Source: a virus (taxonomy: Duplodnaviria; Caudoviricetes). Taken from it: DNA of 64,000 bases. Below are positions 38,262 to 47,792 of this stretch, one piece after another (the stretch's first letter is position 1; the number at the start of each line of letters is the position of its first letter). Under the pieces are notes generated by a model, which had not been told where the DNA came from, did not search any database, and saw only the letters and a list, made by a program, of their open reading frames with translations. Location: positions 1-64,000 of IMG/VR virus record IMGVR_UViG_2859725622_000004; one strand, given 5' to 3'. The position numbers were made by a program, and so were the translations under genes.

Positions 38262-39449
38262 CTAATCTTTTGACTGACGTTCCAGGCTATCCATATAGTC
38301 GGCATACCACTGAAGCATTTCCCTGCGACCATCAAGATACTGAGCGTGATTATAGGTGCCACGAATGCTGTTCTTATCGACGTGGGCCAACTGTGTTTCT
38401 ATCCACGCAGTATTAAACCCCTGTTCATGCAAAATGGTACTCATAGTGTGACGGAAACCATGACCAGTGGCTTTACCATGATAACCAATACGTTTTATGA
38501 CCTGATTAATACTGGCTTCGCTCATTGGCTTTAAGCTGTCATTACGACCGGGGAATACCAGTTTAAATCGCCCAGTAATCTCATGTAATTGACGCAGTAA
38601 TGCCAAAACTTGCTCTGATAAGGGAACCAAGTGAGGACGACGCATTTTCATTCTGGCGGTGGGAACTTCCCAGACGGCTTTGTCCAAGTCAAATTCTAGC
38701 CACTCAGCGGCCCGTAGTTCAGTTGTACGAACACCAGTAAGCATCAGTAGCCGTGTTGCTATTCGAGTGACTGTACTGCCACTATAGGCATTGAGAGCGT
38801 TAAGGTATGCGGGAAGCTCGTTAGCTAAGAGGTGGGGGTAATGCGTGTGCTTCTGAACCGCCAGAGCGCCAGCTAGTTCACTTGCTGGATTGTTCTCTGC
38901 CCTGCCGGTTACGATTGCATAACGGAAAGTTTGGCTGCATGCCTGACGGATCTTACGCATTTTATCGAGGACGCCGCGCTTTTCTAACTTGCGTAGGGTT
39001 TCGAGAATTTCTAGAGGTTTGATTTCGGCAATTGGACGTTTTCCAACGTAAGGGAATATGTCTTTTTCGAACGACTCCATTAAATCATCAGCATAACCTT
39101 TGGACCAATTGGGCCTTTTGTAGGCATGCCATTCTCTGGCTAGAGCTTCGAACGTGTTATCAATGCTGACTTTTCTGGTTTGTTTTTCTACTTTTTTTTC
39201 TTCACCAGGGTCGCCGCCCACAGCAAGTATACGCTTAGCCTCATCTCTTTTTGCTCTGGCTTCAGCGAGAGTGATATCAGGATAGACCCCAAATGCTAGC
39301 AATTTTTCTTTACCGGCGATCCGATACTTCAGCCGCCAACAACGTGAACCAGTAGTTTTTACTAACAAAAATAATCCACCTCCATCAGATAGCTTATAGG
39401 GCTTCTCTTTTGGCTTTGCAGTATCGACCTGTCGGGCGTTCAGTTTCAT
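38262..39449 (-). CDS. int: P4-family tyrosine integrase
   Basis: DGGGLFL arm domain; TGVRTTELR, HGFRH, LAH...Y catalytic motifs. Confidence 0.97.
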   Translation of the reverse strand: MKLNARQVDTAKPKEKPYKLSDGGGLFLLVKTTGSRCWRLKYRIAGKEKLLAFGVYPDITLAEARAKRDEAKRILAVGGDPGEEKKVEKQTRKVSIDNTFEALAREWHAYKRPNWSKGYADDLMESFEKDIFPYVGKRPIAEIKPLEILETLRKLEKRGVLDKMRKIRQACSQTFRYAIVTGRAENNPASELAGALAVQKHTHYPHLLANELPAYLNALNAYSGSTVTRIATRLLMLTGVRTTELRAAEWLEFDLDKAVWEVPTARMKMRRPHLVPLSEQVLALLRQLHEITGRFKLVFPGRNDSLKPMSEASINQVIKRIGYHGKATGHGFRHTMSTILHEQGFNTAWIETQLAHVDKNSIRGTYNHAQYLDGRREMLQWYADYMDSLERQSKD

Positions 39450-39451
39450 GT

Positions 39452-39500
39452 GGGGGTATCTCACTTCATTGAACCTAGACATACCCCCAATAGTACCCCC
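39452..39500. promoter_or_regulatory. Probable integrase arm-type sites of element 1
   Basis: GGGGGTAT, ATACCCCC, GTACCCCC repeats next to int start. Confidence 0.55.
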
Positions 39501-39614
39501 ACTTTGTTGTTGATTGCAGTGGATGCAGGTAGACGTTGGGATGCTAGGAATTGTCAGAGAGGCTGATTATATAAGGGATTAGTAGACTTAGATAGACGTT
39601 AGAAGAGGTATAGA

Positions 39615-39659
39615 TGGTACGCCCTACAGGATTCGAACCTGTGACCTACGGCTTAGAAG
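39615..39659 (-). other. att site: 3' half of tRNA-Arg(UCU), not a complete tRNA
   Basis: Minus strand CTTCTAAGCCGTAGGTCACAGGTTCGAATCCTGTAGGGCGTACCA; upstream sequence lacks D arm and 5' acceptor strand. Confidence 0.9.
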
Positions 39660-39730
39660 AACGTCGTAGTGCATATAACCCATTGTAAATACTGGCCTAA
39701 TTTGCATTCACAAGCGACATTATGGCTAAT

Positions 39731-39786
39731 AGTGACATACCAGTGACACTTCTTCGGCACTATAGATGCGTCACTAATATGTCACC
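39731..39786. promoter_or_regulatory. Probable arm-type sites of element 2 att
   Basis: AGTGACAT (39731), AGTGACAC (39742), inverted GTCACT (39770) and ATGTCACC (39779). Confidence 0.5.
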
Positions 39787-39946
39787 CCACCTCGATAGGC
39801 ATCCCTAGAAAACCACACAAACAATCAATCATGCTAAAAATAATCTCATAGTATTCCTAGCTTAATGGCTAGAAAATCATAACTATTCAAGTAATTTTAA
39901 AGTAAAATGCCGGAAATATTTACACTCAAATCTTGCGTTAGGATGA

Positions 39947-41782
39947 ATGTTTGCCATGTCTTATAAAGTATTCAGGTATGATATCAATGCGCTAAGGGCA
40001 ATAGCAGTAATTAGCGTTGTATTGTTCCATTTTTCATTTACTTACGTGAGGGGCGGATTTACAGGGGTAGATGTTTTTTTTGTCATATCTGGCTTTTTGA
40101 TGACAGGAATAGTTCTAGATAAAATAGATAAAAAAGAAATAATTTCATTCTACATATCAAGGTTTCAAAGAATAGTTCCTGCTTTGCTTGTTGTAATTGC
40201 TTCTCTAATGATTTTTGGATATCTAACTCTTGGTTCTGATGGGTACAGAACGCTGTCTAAGAATGCATTATCATCAATTTTTTTCTTTTCAAATTACTAC
40301 TACTCATATAATTCAGGGTATTTTGATCAATCATCTGATTCGAATTATTTGCTTCATACGTGGTCACTTTCAGTAGAATGGCAATTTTATTTATTGTACC
40401 CATTAATTATTTTTTTATCTAAAAAAGTTCGATTATCTCTTATTGGATTCATTTCTTTAATAACAATAATTTCTTTGTTATTTTGTTTATTTAAGTTATC
40501 AGCAACACAAGAGCAATCATTTTATAGCCTAGTAACCAGAGCTTGGGAGATGCTATCAGGTGGTATTGCATATGTCTTACAAAAACGAATACAAAAAATA
40601 CATTATAATAAATTACTTAGTTATATCGGATTTGCTGTAGTTGTCATTTCAACTATGAAGATAACAAGCGCAGAATACTGGCCGAGTGCATATACATTAA
40701 TCCCAGTATGTGGCGCAATCTTGATTTTGCTTTCAAATAACAATAGCTCAATTTTAATAACTAACCCGCTGCTTCAGTGGTTAGGAAGAATATCTTATTC
40801 TTTATATCTATGGCATTGGCCGGTTATAGTTGTAATGCATGGCTATGGCATTGAGTTTAATTTATTAAATTCTACGCTTGGTATTTTCGCATCTATAATT
40901 TTAGCTCAAATATCATATTCAATTATAGAGTCTAAATTCAACAAAAAACAAAACTTACAATTCAATGTAATTTGCTTTTCCATTGTGTCATTTATGGTTG
41001 TAGCTGTTTACCTCACAGATGGTGCTAAGTTTAGATTTTCAAAAACGCTTAGTGAGATTGCAGAATACAAAAATGATATGTCATCATGGAGGGGTGGGGA
41101 ATGTTTCTTATCTCCAGAGCAAGATTACAATACATTTAAAAAGTGCAAAGACGAGATGAAATCAAGTTCTATTGTTATATGGGGTGATTCTCATGCAGCA
41201 CAGATGATGCCTGGATTAAACAAGTATTTTGTGGGTGAAAATATAACTCAGCGCACCGCTAGTCTTTGTCCTCCATTAATAGGTCAGCCAACATTAGACA
41301 GACCGTTTTGTCAGGGTATTAACAAATATATAATATCTGAAATTGAGAAAAATAAACCTGAGATTGTAATACTATCAGCCTTGTGGTCTCAGTATGATGT
41401 AAGTACGTATCTTCCAGAAACCTTGAATTTTTTGAAAAGTGCTGGAGTGAAAAAGGTTATAATTATTGGGTCGGTGCCATTCTGGTCAGAACCTATACCA
41501 AGCTTAATCGAAAAAAATAAAATGAATAGTAGTGGTTATATTTCAAAGGAATTATTAGACAATATTCACACCACTAAAGGCAGTGATGAAGTAATAATTC
41601 AAAGTTTAAAAGGATTTAATGATGTTAAGTTTGTATCCGCTGTGGATGTTATTTGTGGGTTTTCAACCTGCAAAGCAATTGTTAATGCTGGGAAAGATGC
41701 TCCATTCCAGTTTGATAATGCACACATGACAACAGAAGGATCTATTTGGTTAATTGATAAGATTAAAAATAACATCAGGTAA
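39947..41782 (+). CDS. O-antigen/surface polysaccharide O-acetyltransferase (AT3 plus SGNH; OafA-like)
   Basis: RYDINALRAIAV, GFTGVDVFFVISG, HTWSLSVEWQFY, WGDSHA, DNAH motifs; multiple TM helices; AT-rich. Confidence 0.92.
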   Translation: MFAMSYKVFRYDINALRAIAVISVVLFHFSFTYVRGGFTGVDVFFVISGFLMTGIVLDKIDKKEIISFYISRFQRIVPALLVVIASLMIFGYLTLGSDGYRTLSKNALSSIFFFSNYYYSYNSGYFDQSSDSNYLLHTWSLSVEWQFYLLYPLIIFLSKKVRLSLIGFISLITIISLLFCLFKLSATQEQSFYSLVTRAWEMLSGGIAYVLQKRIQKIHYNKLLSYIGFAVVVISTMKITSAEYWPSAYTLIPVCGAILILLSNNNSSILITNPLLQWLGRISYSLYLWHWPVIVVMHGYGIEFNLLNSTLGIFASIILAQISYSIIESKFNKKQNLQFNVICFSIVSFMVVAVYLTDGAKFRFSKTLSEIAEYKNDMSSWRGGECFLSPEQDYNTFKKCKDEMKSSSIVIWGDSHAAQMMPGLNKYFVGENITQRTASLCPPLIGQPTLDRPFCQGINKYIISEIEKNKPEIVILSALWSQYDVSTYLPETLNFLKSAGVKKVIIIGSVPFWSEPIPSLIEKNKMNSSGYISKELLDNIHTTKGSDEVIIQSLKGFNDVKFVSAVDVICGFSTCKAIVNAGKDAPFQFDNAHMTTEGSIWLIDKIKNNIR

Positions 41783-41800
41783 AGTGACTATTTATATTTC

Positions 41801-41823
41801 TGGAGGGGTATATAACCCCTCCA
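41801..41823. terminator. Hairpin between convergent acetyltransferase and tailspike genes
   Basis: TGGAGGGGT/ACCCCTCCA stem. Confidence 0.7.
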
Positions 41824-41838
41824 ATGTGTTTATTCTAT

Positions 41839-43881
41839 TTAAACCGCCGTCCATATCCCATGCCATACTATTTGAGCACCTATAGTGGTATCAAAGTAAC
41901 TATCCCCATAAAGTGCGTTTATTGGTCGCTGAGCAGTTGTTCCACTTTGTGGTGCTGGTCGCTCAAAACCAACTGATGATGTTCCAGATTTTGAGTATCG
42001 TTCATCATATAAAAGGTATGGTACTGAAGTATTTGATTGGAAAAATAACGCCCCAACATCGCCATTTGTCAATCCGATTGGTTTCGCAATAGTCGTAGAT
42101 GTTTTGTTAATTTCAAGTTTAGATATTTTTGAATTAACCACCTGGACGTAACTATTTAATGAATCACTAACAACAGATCCAATTCTTATTTTATCAACTA
42201 ATATAACTCCGGAACCTTCTACTCTTATAAGGTTCCCATATGCTCCAGATTCAGGACGTGAATTAATCCTTTTGAACTTATCAACGTTTAGCTCAACGCC
42301 TCCCTTTGGGTTTGGCATGTATACTGTTGTGCTATTTGAACAGTTATTTTCAGATATCAATCCAATATTTAGTAATGTTCTTGATCCTACAAATGTTATT
42401 GTTGGCCTGTTTTGACCATCAACATCTTCTTGTTTTCTAAAAACCTTACCAATTGTAATATCACTAAAAAGTGAAGAATTATTATTAGTGGTACTAATAT
42501 GAACCATGCCAAATGTTGCACCAGAATAAGGTCGTGTTTTAAAGTTACAATTTATAGATCCTATGTTTATGTTTTCATAATGAGATCCAGAACCAAGCCC
42601 ATAGTCATCAGCAACTAATGCGTATGCTGACACGTCACCAGAAATGCTATTTATGTTAACGTTGCGGATTGAAACATTAGCAGAAAGTAACCTGACCCCG
42701 TTTCTTGTTGAACCTTTTAGAATTATCTGGTCAACACATACGTCTTGGATTGGGCCAGTTACGTGCGCAGGAGTAAATACCCCTCCAAAATTTCCATCAT
42801 CTGCATTTAACGCTAACGCATCATCATCTGAGTTATTGGCAATAATTGAACCAGCCTTAAACCCTAATGTGTACCCGTTAACATGCCAACCATCTTTGTT
42901 TGTAGATGGAATATCCACATCATTTTCTATAATTGATTTCTCAATATCGACATTTATACAATTGCAAACTAATGCATTAAATCTACGGGAATTTCTAAAC
43001 GTTGTAACACCTTGGAAATTTAATCCATTGACACCAACAAAAGTCATTCCGATTTGCCATTCTCCGGTTGATGTGGTGTCAGCCTGGTTAATGCCATTAA
43101 AATCAAAAGTCCCACCAAATATTGTGATATTTTTATCAATCGGTGTTGAGCCAGCAAAAACTATATTCTTATTAGAAAATAATGGGACATTTGAGTTATC
43201 TTTAAGTTTAAGAGTGACATTAGGCATTATGATGGTTGTATTACTCCCAATCTTAAGGCCGCCAACAGTTATATTTGGAGTTTTTATTACAACTGGTACT
43301 TGTGCTGAACTAGCGTCATCTAATGCCGACTGTAACAGCTCAGTTGCATTGATAGATGTAAGGTCTCCATAGTCTTCAGCTTGAATAAATCCTCTTCCCC
43401 ACAATAATTGCAATTCACTATGTACGGTTCCAACTCTTCCGTTGATTGACGATCCTACTAAAGCATCTCCCTCTCCATCCGCATTGCTGGATAAATTACC
43501 TCTTAATGCAGCATCACCGACACTCAACCACGCACCAATCCCAATACCACCAGATGTTTCAGGAGTAGACGCTGCCGGGACAACTTTAGGGAATGACCCG
43601 TCCCAGCGGTAATACTCACCATTACTTTCCCAGCGCAGTACTTGGCTGGAGTTATCTAGCGTAGCCCCGTCCTCAAACGAATCCATAGTAACAAAGCCAA
43701 ATGCTTTAATGGCCTTTTCAATAATATCCCTCATCCCCTCAATAGTTAAATGTTCTCTTCCAAGTCGATCTGTGTATTTAAGTAAAAATGAGGTAACGAA
43801 TTCGTCTATCTTTCCTGCGTTAAACTTTAAATCAACAGCAGCTTCGCTCGGTACAGGATTTTGCGTAGGTGTAGTAGTCAT
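41839..43881 (-). CDS. Tailspike with beta-helix (pectate-lyase-like) depolymerase domain
   Basis: NAGKIDEFVTS and YYRWDGSFPKVVP N-terminal modules; NKDGWHV and DDDALAL beta-helix motifs. Confidence 0.85.
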   Translation of the reverse strand: MTTTPTQNPVPSEAAVDLKFNAGKIDEFVTSFLLKYTDRLGREHLTIEGMRDIIEKAIKAFGFVTMDSFEDGATLDNSSQVLRWESNGEYYRWDGSFPKVVPAASTPETSGGIGIGAWLSVGDAALRGNLSSNADGEGDALVGSSINGRVGTVHSELQLLWGRGFIQAEDYGDLTSINATELLQSALDDASSAQVPVVIKTPNITVGGLKIGSNTTIIMPNVTLKLKDNSNVPLFSNKNIVFAGSTPIDKNITIFGGTFDFNGINQADTTSTGEWQIGMTFVGVNGLNFQGVTTFRNSRRFNALVCNCINVDIEKSIIENDVDIPSTNKDGWHVNGYTLGFKAGSIIANNSDDDALALNADDGNFGGVFTPAHVTGPIQDVCVDQIILKGSTRNGVRLLSANVSIRNVNINSISGDVSAYALVADDYGLGSGSHYENINIGSINCNFKTRPYSGATFGMVHISTTNNNSSLFSDITIGKVFRKQEDVDGQNRPTITFVGSRTLLNIGLISENNCSNSTTVYMPNPKGGVELNVDKFKRINSRPESGAYGNLIRVEGSGVILVDKIRIGSVVSDSLNSYVQVVNSKISKLEINKTSTTIAKPIGLTNGDVGALFFQSNTSVPYLLYDERYSKSGTSSVGFERPAPQSGTTAQRPINALYGDSYFDTTIGAQIVWHGIWTAV

Positions 43882-43938
43882 ATTTTTTCCATAAAAAACC
43901 CAGCACATTGGCTGGGTATTATTGGTTAATGATGCTAA

Positions 43939-46434
43939 TTATGAGATTACATAATCATGTATCTTGTCGCTATACTCGGCTAGCGTTAAGGATGTTGTCC
44001 CGTCGGTGTTTGGTGTCTTATCTGTTATTGTCCACTTCGTTAATTCTATTTCAGACTCAGCAGCAATAAAAAATCGCGAAGATGATTGAGTTTCATATCC
44101 ATCCCATATATTTAAACTTACTTCTGGAATTTCAGCAGTAAACCCAAAGTCGGTATCCTCTCTTTTATGTGCAAGATACTTTCCTGTTGGGTATCCCATG
44201 CTATCTGTTATTACGACGAATAATGGACTTGAAGAAAATTCTATTCTTTCATTGGTGTCAAAATCATTACCTTCGCGCTGTACGATATAACCTTGCTGGT
44301 GAAGCTCATCGTACATATCAGGAACCTGAACCATATCCCCAAGATTTACCCACTCGCCGTCAGACATCACAGTTGCTGTCATCGACATCCTTGAGTAGAT
44401 TAACCGCCTCGCCTCCTTATTGGCCCTGTCTAAAGCCTGAAACCGATTCCTGACATACAATATATCAATCTGCTTCCCTTTAACTGGAGTTCCTTCCGTG
44501 ACAACGCCATCCACTATCTTCATACGGACAAAATCTTGTTTATTCGTTGTCGGGTTCCGATACTTAACAACAACACCGTCATAAGTCCCTGGTAGTGATA
44601 TATCGTAACTAAGCGAATAGTTATCTGGCTTCATGTTCGATGTGGTGAACACTGTCGCCGGGTAAATCTTTTTCTCATCACGTGTAAATGATAGAACGCC
44701 ACTATTTCCATAGGCCGTCACCGTAGCCGCATCGCAGATTATTTTTATGCGCTCACCAAGCGATGCATCCTCATCATCAAATGTGAAGTCAAAATAGCCC
44801 AGCCTTGGATCCGATAGAGAATCAGATATCTCATACAGTCCATCTATATCAATTGATGATGGATCCTGACTGCCTACGACTATCCAGTTATGAAGAACTA
44901 TGTCAGCAAAGCTGCGACTCGCAGACTCTACATAATTAATAGTTTTTGTTGTTCGGTTATAAGAGATAACGTGGCGATAGATCATCGCATTGAATTTTAG
45001 CTGCCTGGATTGGGTTGCGTTTTTCGTCCCCCGTATTTTGATTGTTATGATTGTATCTTCTGGATAGATAACGTTATTTCTGATGTTTATCCCTTGGATT
45101 GATTCAACTATTAATCTATTTGAATCTGAGCTGTTATCTGGTCGCTGAAACTTAATTGCGTACCGACCAATCCCGGCAGCAGGGGTGATTTTAACCGTCT
45201 TGTATATACTATCGCTCTTGCCTGTTGAATTTGATAGTGTTGATTGCATGGCACCTTCAGTGCCGGGGATTTGCACATTATCATCATCGACCTTAACCCA
45301 ATTTATATTTACGTTGGCAGAGGAATCATTACCAAGGTCAGCTTTTAAGTTAACCCAAAGCTGTGATGAGGCTATTGGCGAATACATCGGCCCTACAATC
45401 AGCGCTTCATTATCATTTATTGTGAAAAGTGTTGTATTAACTACTGTTGTTGCAGGTAACTGATCATAATCAGAACCACCTAATCCTGAAAATGTGAAAA
45501 CATAGTAATAAATTGGAGAGATGACAGCCCCATTATCGGTTGTCTGCGCCCCGGTAAGGTTAGCGCTTAATGTCACGTTTCTGGTTGTACTTCCTGATGC
45601 TGTGGGATAGGTTACGTTCAAAATCACAGTTACAGCATGCGGCTTTTCTAAATCATAAAAGTAATCAAAATCGCTATTCTTGACGATCTTAACTACAGCT
45701 TCATTTCCTGCAATACTGCCTGAAACAATTGTATTGGTGGTTGCTGTTTCTGCTGGGAAATCTGATGATTCGTTAGCACCGGGTATTTCCTGCCCATCAA
45801 CATCATCAAAAAGTATCGGTTCAATGATTTGTGGGATTGTTTCACCTGGTTGGTAAATTTGGTAAGACGAACCAGGCATTGAACCAATATTTGATTCTGA
45901 ATACCTGATAGATGAAATTGTGTATTTCCCTAATCCGAAGTTCATCCATTGAGTAACGTACTGGTCATTACTGATATATTCAGTAAGCCCGGACTGAATA
46001 AGGTCAGGGAACGATCTGATTAGTCCAAAACTATCCGGCCTTGCCTCTCCGTTTCTTGCGGTATTCGTTTGAGCCTTAATGCTGTTGTTTGTTGACGTTT
46101 TTGAATTTACATCAGCAGCAAATGAAGCTGACGGGGTTTTAATTAAGAATCCGAGGATTTTCTTGGTAAATTTTATCGGGTTGAAGTGCTCCAAGGGGTT
46201 TAACAGCGTCTTGAAAAGCCCCCCTTTCGGTTGGTCAATGATGGTTAATACGTCATGCTCACCAAGCGGATATGAAACATCAAAGTCATCATCGAGGATC
46301 ACGCCGTTCAGCAAAAAATAGGCATCATGGAATAGGTTTACTTTATCAATCACTGACTGGATGCTATCACCAGCATTAGCAGATATGGTTTTGTTAGGCA
46401 CGCCGGGTATTGCCGTAATTTTAACTTTCGGCAT
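43939..46434 (-). CDS. Tail tip/host specificity protein (J-like)
   Basis: NTARNGEARPDSFG, FDFTFDD, large size, synteny. Confidence 0.85.
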   Translation of the reverse strand: MPKVKITAIPGVPNKTISANAGDSIQSVIDKVNLFHDAYFLLNGVILDDDFDVSYPLGEHDVLTIIDQPKGGLFKTLLNPLEHFNPIKFTKKILGFLIKTPSASFAADVNSKTSTNNSIKAQTNTARNGEARPDSFGLIRSFPDLIQSGLTEYISNDQYVTQWMNFGLGKYTISSIRYSESNIGSMPGSSYQIYQPGETIPQIIEPILFDDVDGQEIPGANESSDFPAETATTNTIVSGSIAGNEAVVKIVKNSDFDYFYDLEKPHAVTVILNVTYPTASGSTTRNVTLSANLTGAQTTDNGAVISPIYYYVFTFSGLGGSDYDQLPATTVVNTTLFTINDNEALIVGPMYSPIASSQLWVNLKADLGNDSSANVNINWVKVDDDNVQIPGTEGAMQSTLSNSTGKSDSIYKTVKITPAAGIGRYAIKFQRPDNSSDSNRLIVESIQGINIRNNVIYPEDTIITIKIRGTKNATQSRQLKFNAMIYRHVISYNRTTKTINYVESASRSFADIVLHNWIVVGSQDPSSIDIDGLYEISDSLSDPRLGYFDFTFDDEDASLGERIKIICDAATVTAYGNSGVLSFTRDEKKIYPATVFTTSNMKPDNYSLSYDISLPGTYDGVVVKYRNPTTNKQDFVRMKIVDGVVTEGTPVKGKQIDILYVRNRFQALDRANKEARRLIYSRMSMTATVMSDGEWVNLGDMVQVPDMYDELHQQGYIVQREGNDFDTNERIEFSSSPLFVVITDSMGYPTGKYLAHKREDTDFGFTAEIPEVSLNIWDGYETQSSSRFFIAAESEIELTKWTITDKTPNTDGTTSLTLAEYSDKIHDYVIS

Positions 46435-46813
46435 ATTGATAAAACTCCAATTTAGTATAAACCCGCTCAAAGACAGTCAGCCTGTCAAGTCGCGTAGCAC
46501 TTGACTCACCACGACTATGAAGCACCCTATTACCGATAAGAATACCAACGTGAACCGGCTGGTTACCGTAATAGGCAACAACCATCCCATTATCTACCGC
46601 AGAATTTGCAAGCCCCCATTGCTTAATGACAATTGAGAAGCACTGGCCAAATTCAGAATTATTTAGATAGTCATCAATAATAGGGATATCTATATTCATA
46701 ACGTGCTTGTAATAAAGGACGACCAAGCCCCAGCAATCACATTCCTCAAACGTGTAGGCACGGTTAACCCACGGAACGCCAATCATCCGTTTAATAAAGT
46801 CTGATTTATTCAC
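46421..46813 (-). CDS. NlpC/P60 tail tip protein
   Basis: DCWGLV...HVGI..LH. Confidence 0.9.
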   Translation of the reverse strand: MNKSDFIKRMIGVPWVNRAYTFEECDCWGLVVLYYKHVMNIDIPIIDDYLNNSEFGQCFSIVIKQWGLANSAVDNGMVVAYYGNQPVHVGILIGNRVLHSRGESSATRLDRLTVFERVYTKLEFYQYAES

Positions 46814-46848
46814 GTTATTCTCATTAGCCGATAAGAAAGGTCGAGTGA

Positions 46849-47319
46849 TTAGATGTTAATTAGCCCTGGGAAATCAGTTGTGTTGTAAAGCTTTCCGACA
46901 TTGTTAACCATCGGATTTTTAAGCGCGATGGTCGCCGTTACGTCATTTTCATCCATGGATATATCTTTAACAAACAGTGACCAGGTACTAATTGCCACTG
47001 TCATGTCGATAGAATCCCATTTTTGATATACAGCCGTAATGGGGATCATCCGTTGTGCTCCTGTCCATCCCTTAAGTCCTTGCTTTATGTCTTGAGCCAC
47101 ACGACTCAGCTTCACTGCACACTGGATGATAGGGATGTCGCTTTGTTCGCTTTCAGATACTTCCATCCGGCAGGGTGAATAGACTTCCCCTCCGAGCGTT
47201 TTTTGAAATACCTGATCAGCGACGAGGCGAACCTGTTCGAATACCGGATGTGTAAACTTAAGCGTTATATACATCACCCGGTTAGGTCGATGAGAAAGGT
47301 ACTCTCTTAGTCCTGGCAT
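46849..47319 (-). CDS. DUF1833-like tail protein
   Basis: YITLKFTHP...VRLV; synteny. Confidence 0.7.
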   Translation of the reverse strand: MPGLREYLSHRPNRVMYITLKFTHPVFEQVRLVADQVFQKTLGGEVYSPCRMEVSESEQSDIPIIQCAVKLSRVAQDIKQGLKGWTGAQRMIPITAVYQKWDSIDMTVAISTWSLFVKDISMDENDVTATIALKNPMVNNVGKLYNTTDFPGLINI

Positions 47320-47792
47320 TATTCGCTCCGGGGTAATGTTTCTGTAACGATGACATCCAGCCAGCTCCCCCATGGGGCTGGAAGCTCGATAATTACGTCA
47401 TCAAGGTCATCATCAGCACTGATTATCTGCTTGGCCACTACATTTCCAGTCCACGTAAAAATACTGCCGCTCTGGTTAAACTGTGGGTAGCTAGTGAAGT
47501 GCAATACTTGCTCTTCAACTCCTGAATCACCAGTACCGGTAGAAACTTTTAGCCGAAACCAGCGATTACAGTTATCAAGGTAATTAGGGCTTCTTAGCCA
47601 CTGGTAAAAAGCCCTGTGCTGAGCAGTAGTGCAGATAAACGTAACCGAAAACGACGCTTTTAAATCATCGGTCAATTTCTGGAAGATTGGCGCGCCAACC
47701 GTGGGCTGGTCTGTCCTGAACCCTGTATCTTTGGTTATGTTCTTACCAGATTTTTGCGCAAGTGGAAGCCAGTCAGGATATTCGATAATCAT
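47319..47792 (-). CDS. Distal/minor tail protein
   Basis: After tape measure; IEYPDWLPL motif. Confidence 0.7.
   Translation of the reverse strand: MIIEYPDWLPLAQKSGKNITKDTGFRTDQPTVGAPIFQKLTDDLKASFSVTFICTTAQHRAFYQWLRSPNYLDNCNRWFRLKVSTGTGDSGVEEQVLHFTSYPQFNQSGSIFTWTGNVVAKQIISADDDLDDVIIELPAPWGSWLDVIVTETLPRSE

Larger units (their letters stand above)
1..39659 (-). mobile_element. Element 1: prophage with satellite-type (P4/PICI-like) integration/replication module plus Q-regulated lysis, lambda-like head and Mu-like contractile tail; left end outside window
   Basis: Co-oriented gene order int-alpA-icd-primase-Q-lysis-cos-terS/L-portal-capsid-sheath-baseplate-fibre; integrase lies just downstream of the tRNA-Arg 3' fragment; no second att copy noticed. 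Confidence 0.8.

Noticed and set aside
39615-39690. Intact tRNA-Arg gene
   Set aside because: Only the anticodon loop to CCA is present; the 5' half is replaced by unrelated sequence, so it is an att remnant
26881-41782. Esterase of element 1 acting against the acetyltransferase of element 2
   Set aside because: The esterase has no signal peptide and is HSL/Aes-like and cytoplasmic; nothing in the sequence links it to surface glycans
42644-43372. 242-aa plus-strand ORF and other antisense ORFs over structural genes
   Set aside because: Shadow frames of strong opposite-strand genes, with no recognisable motifs
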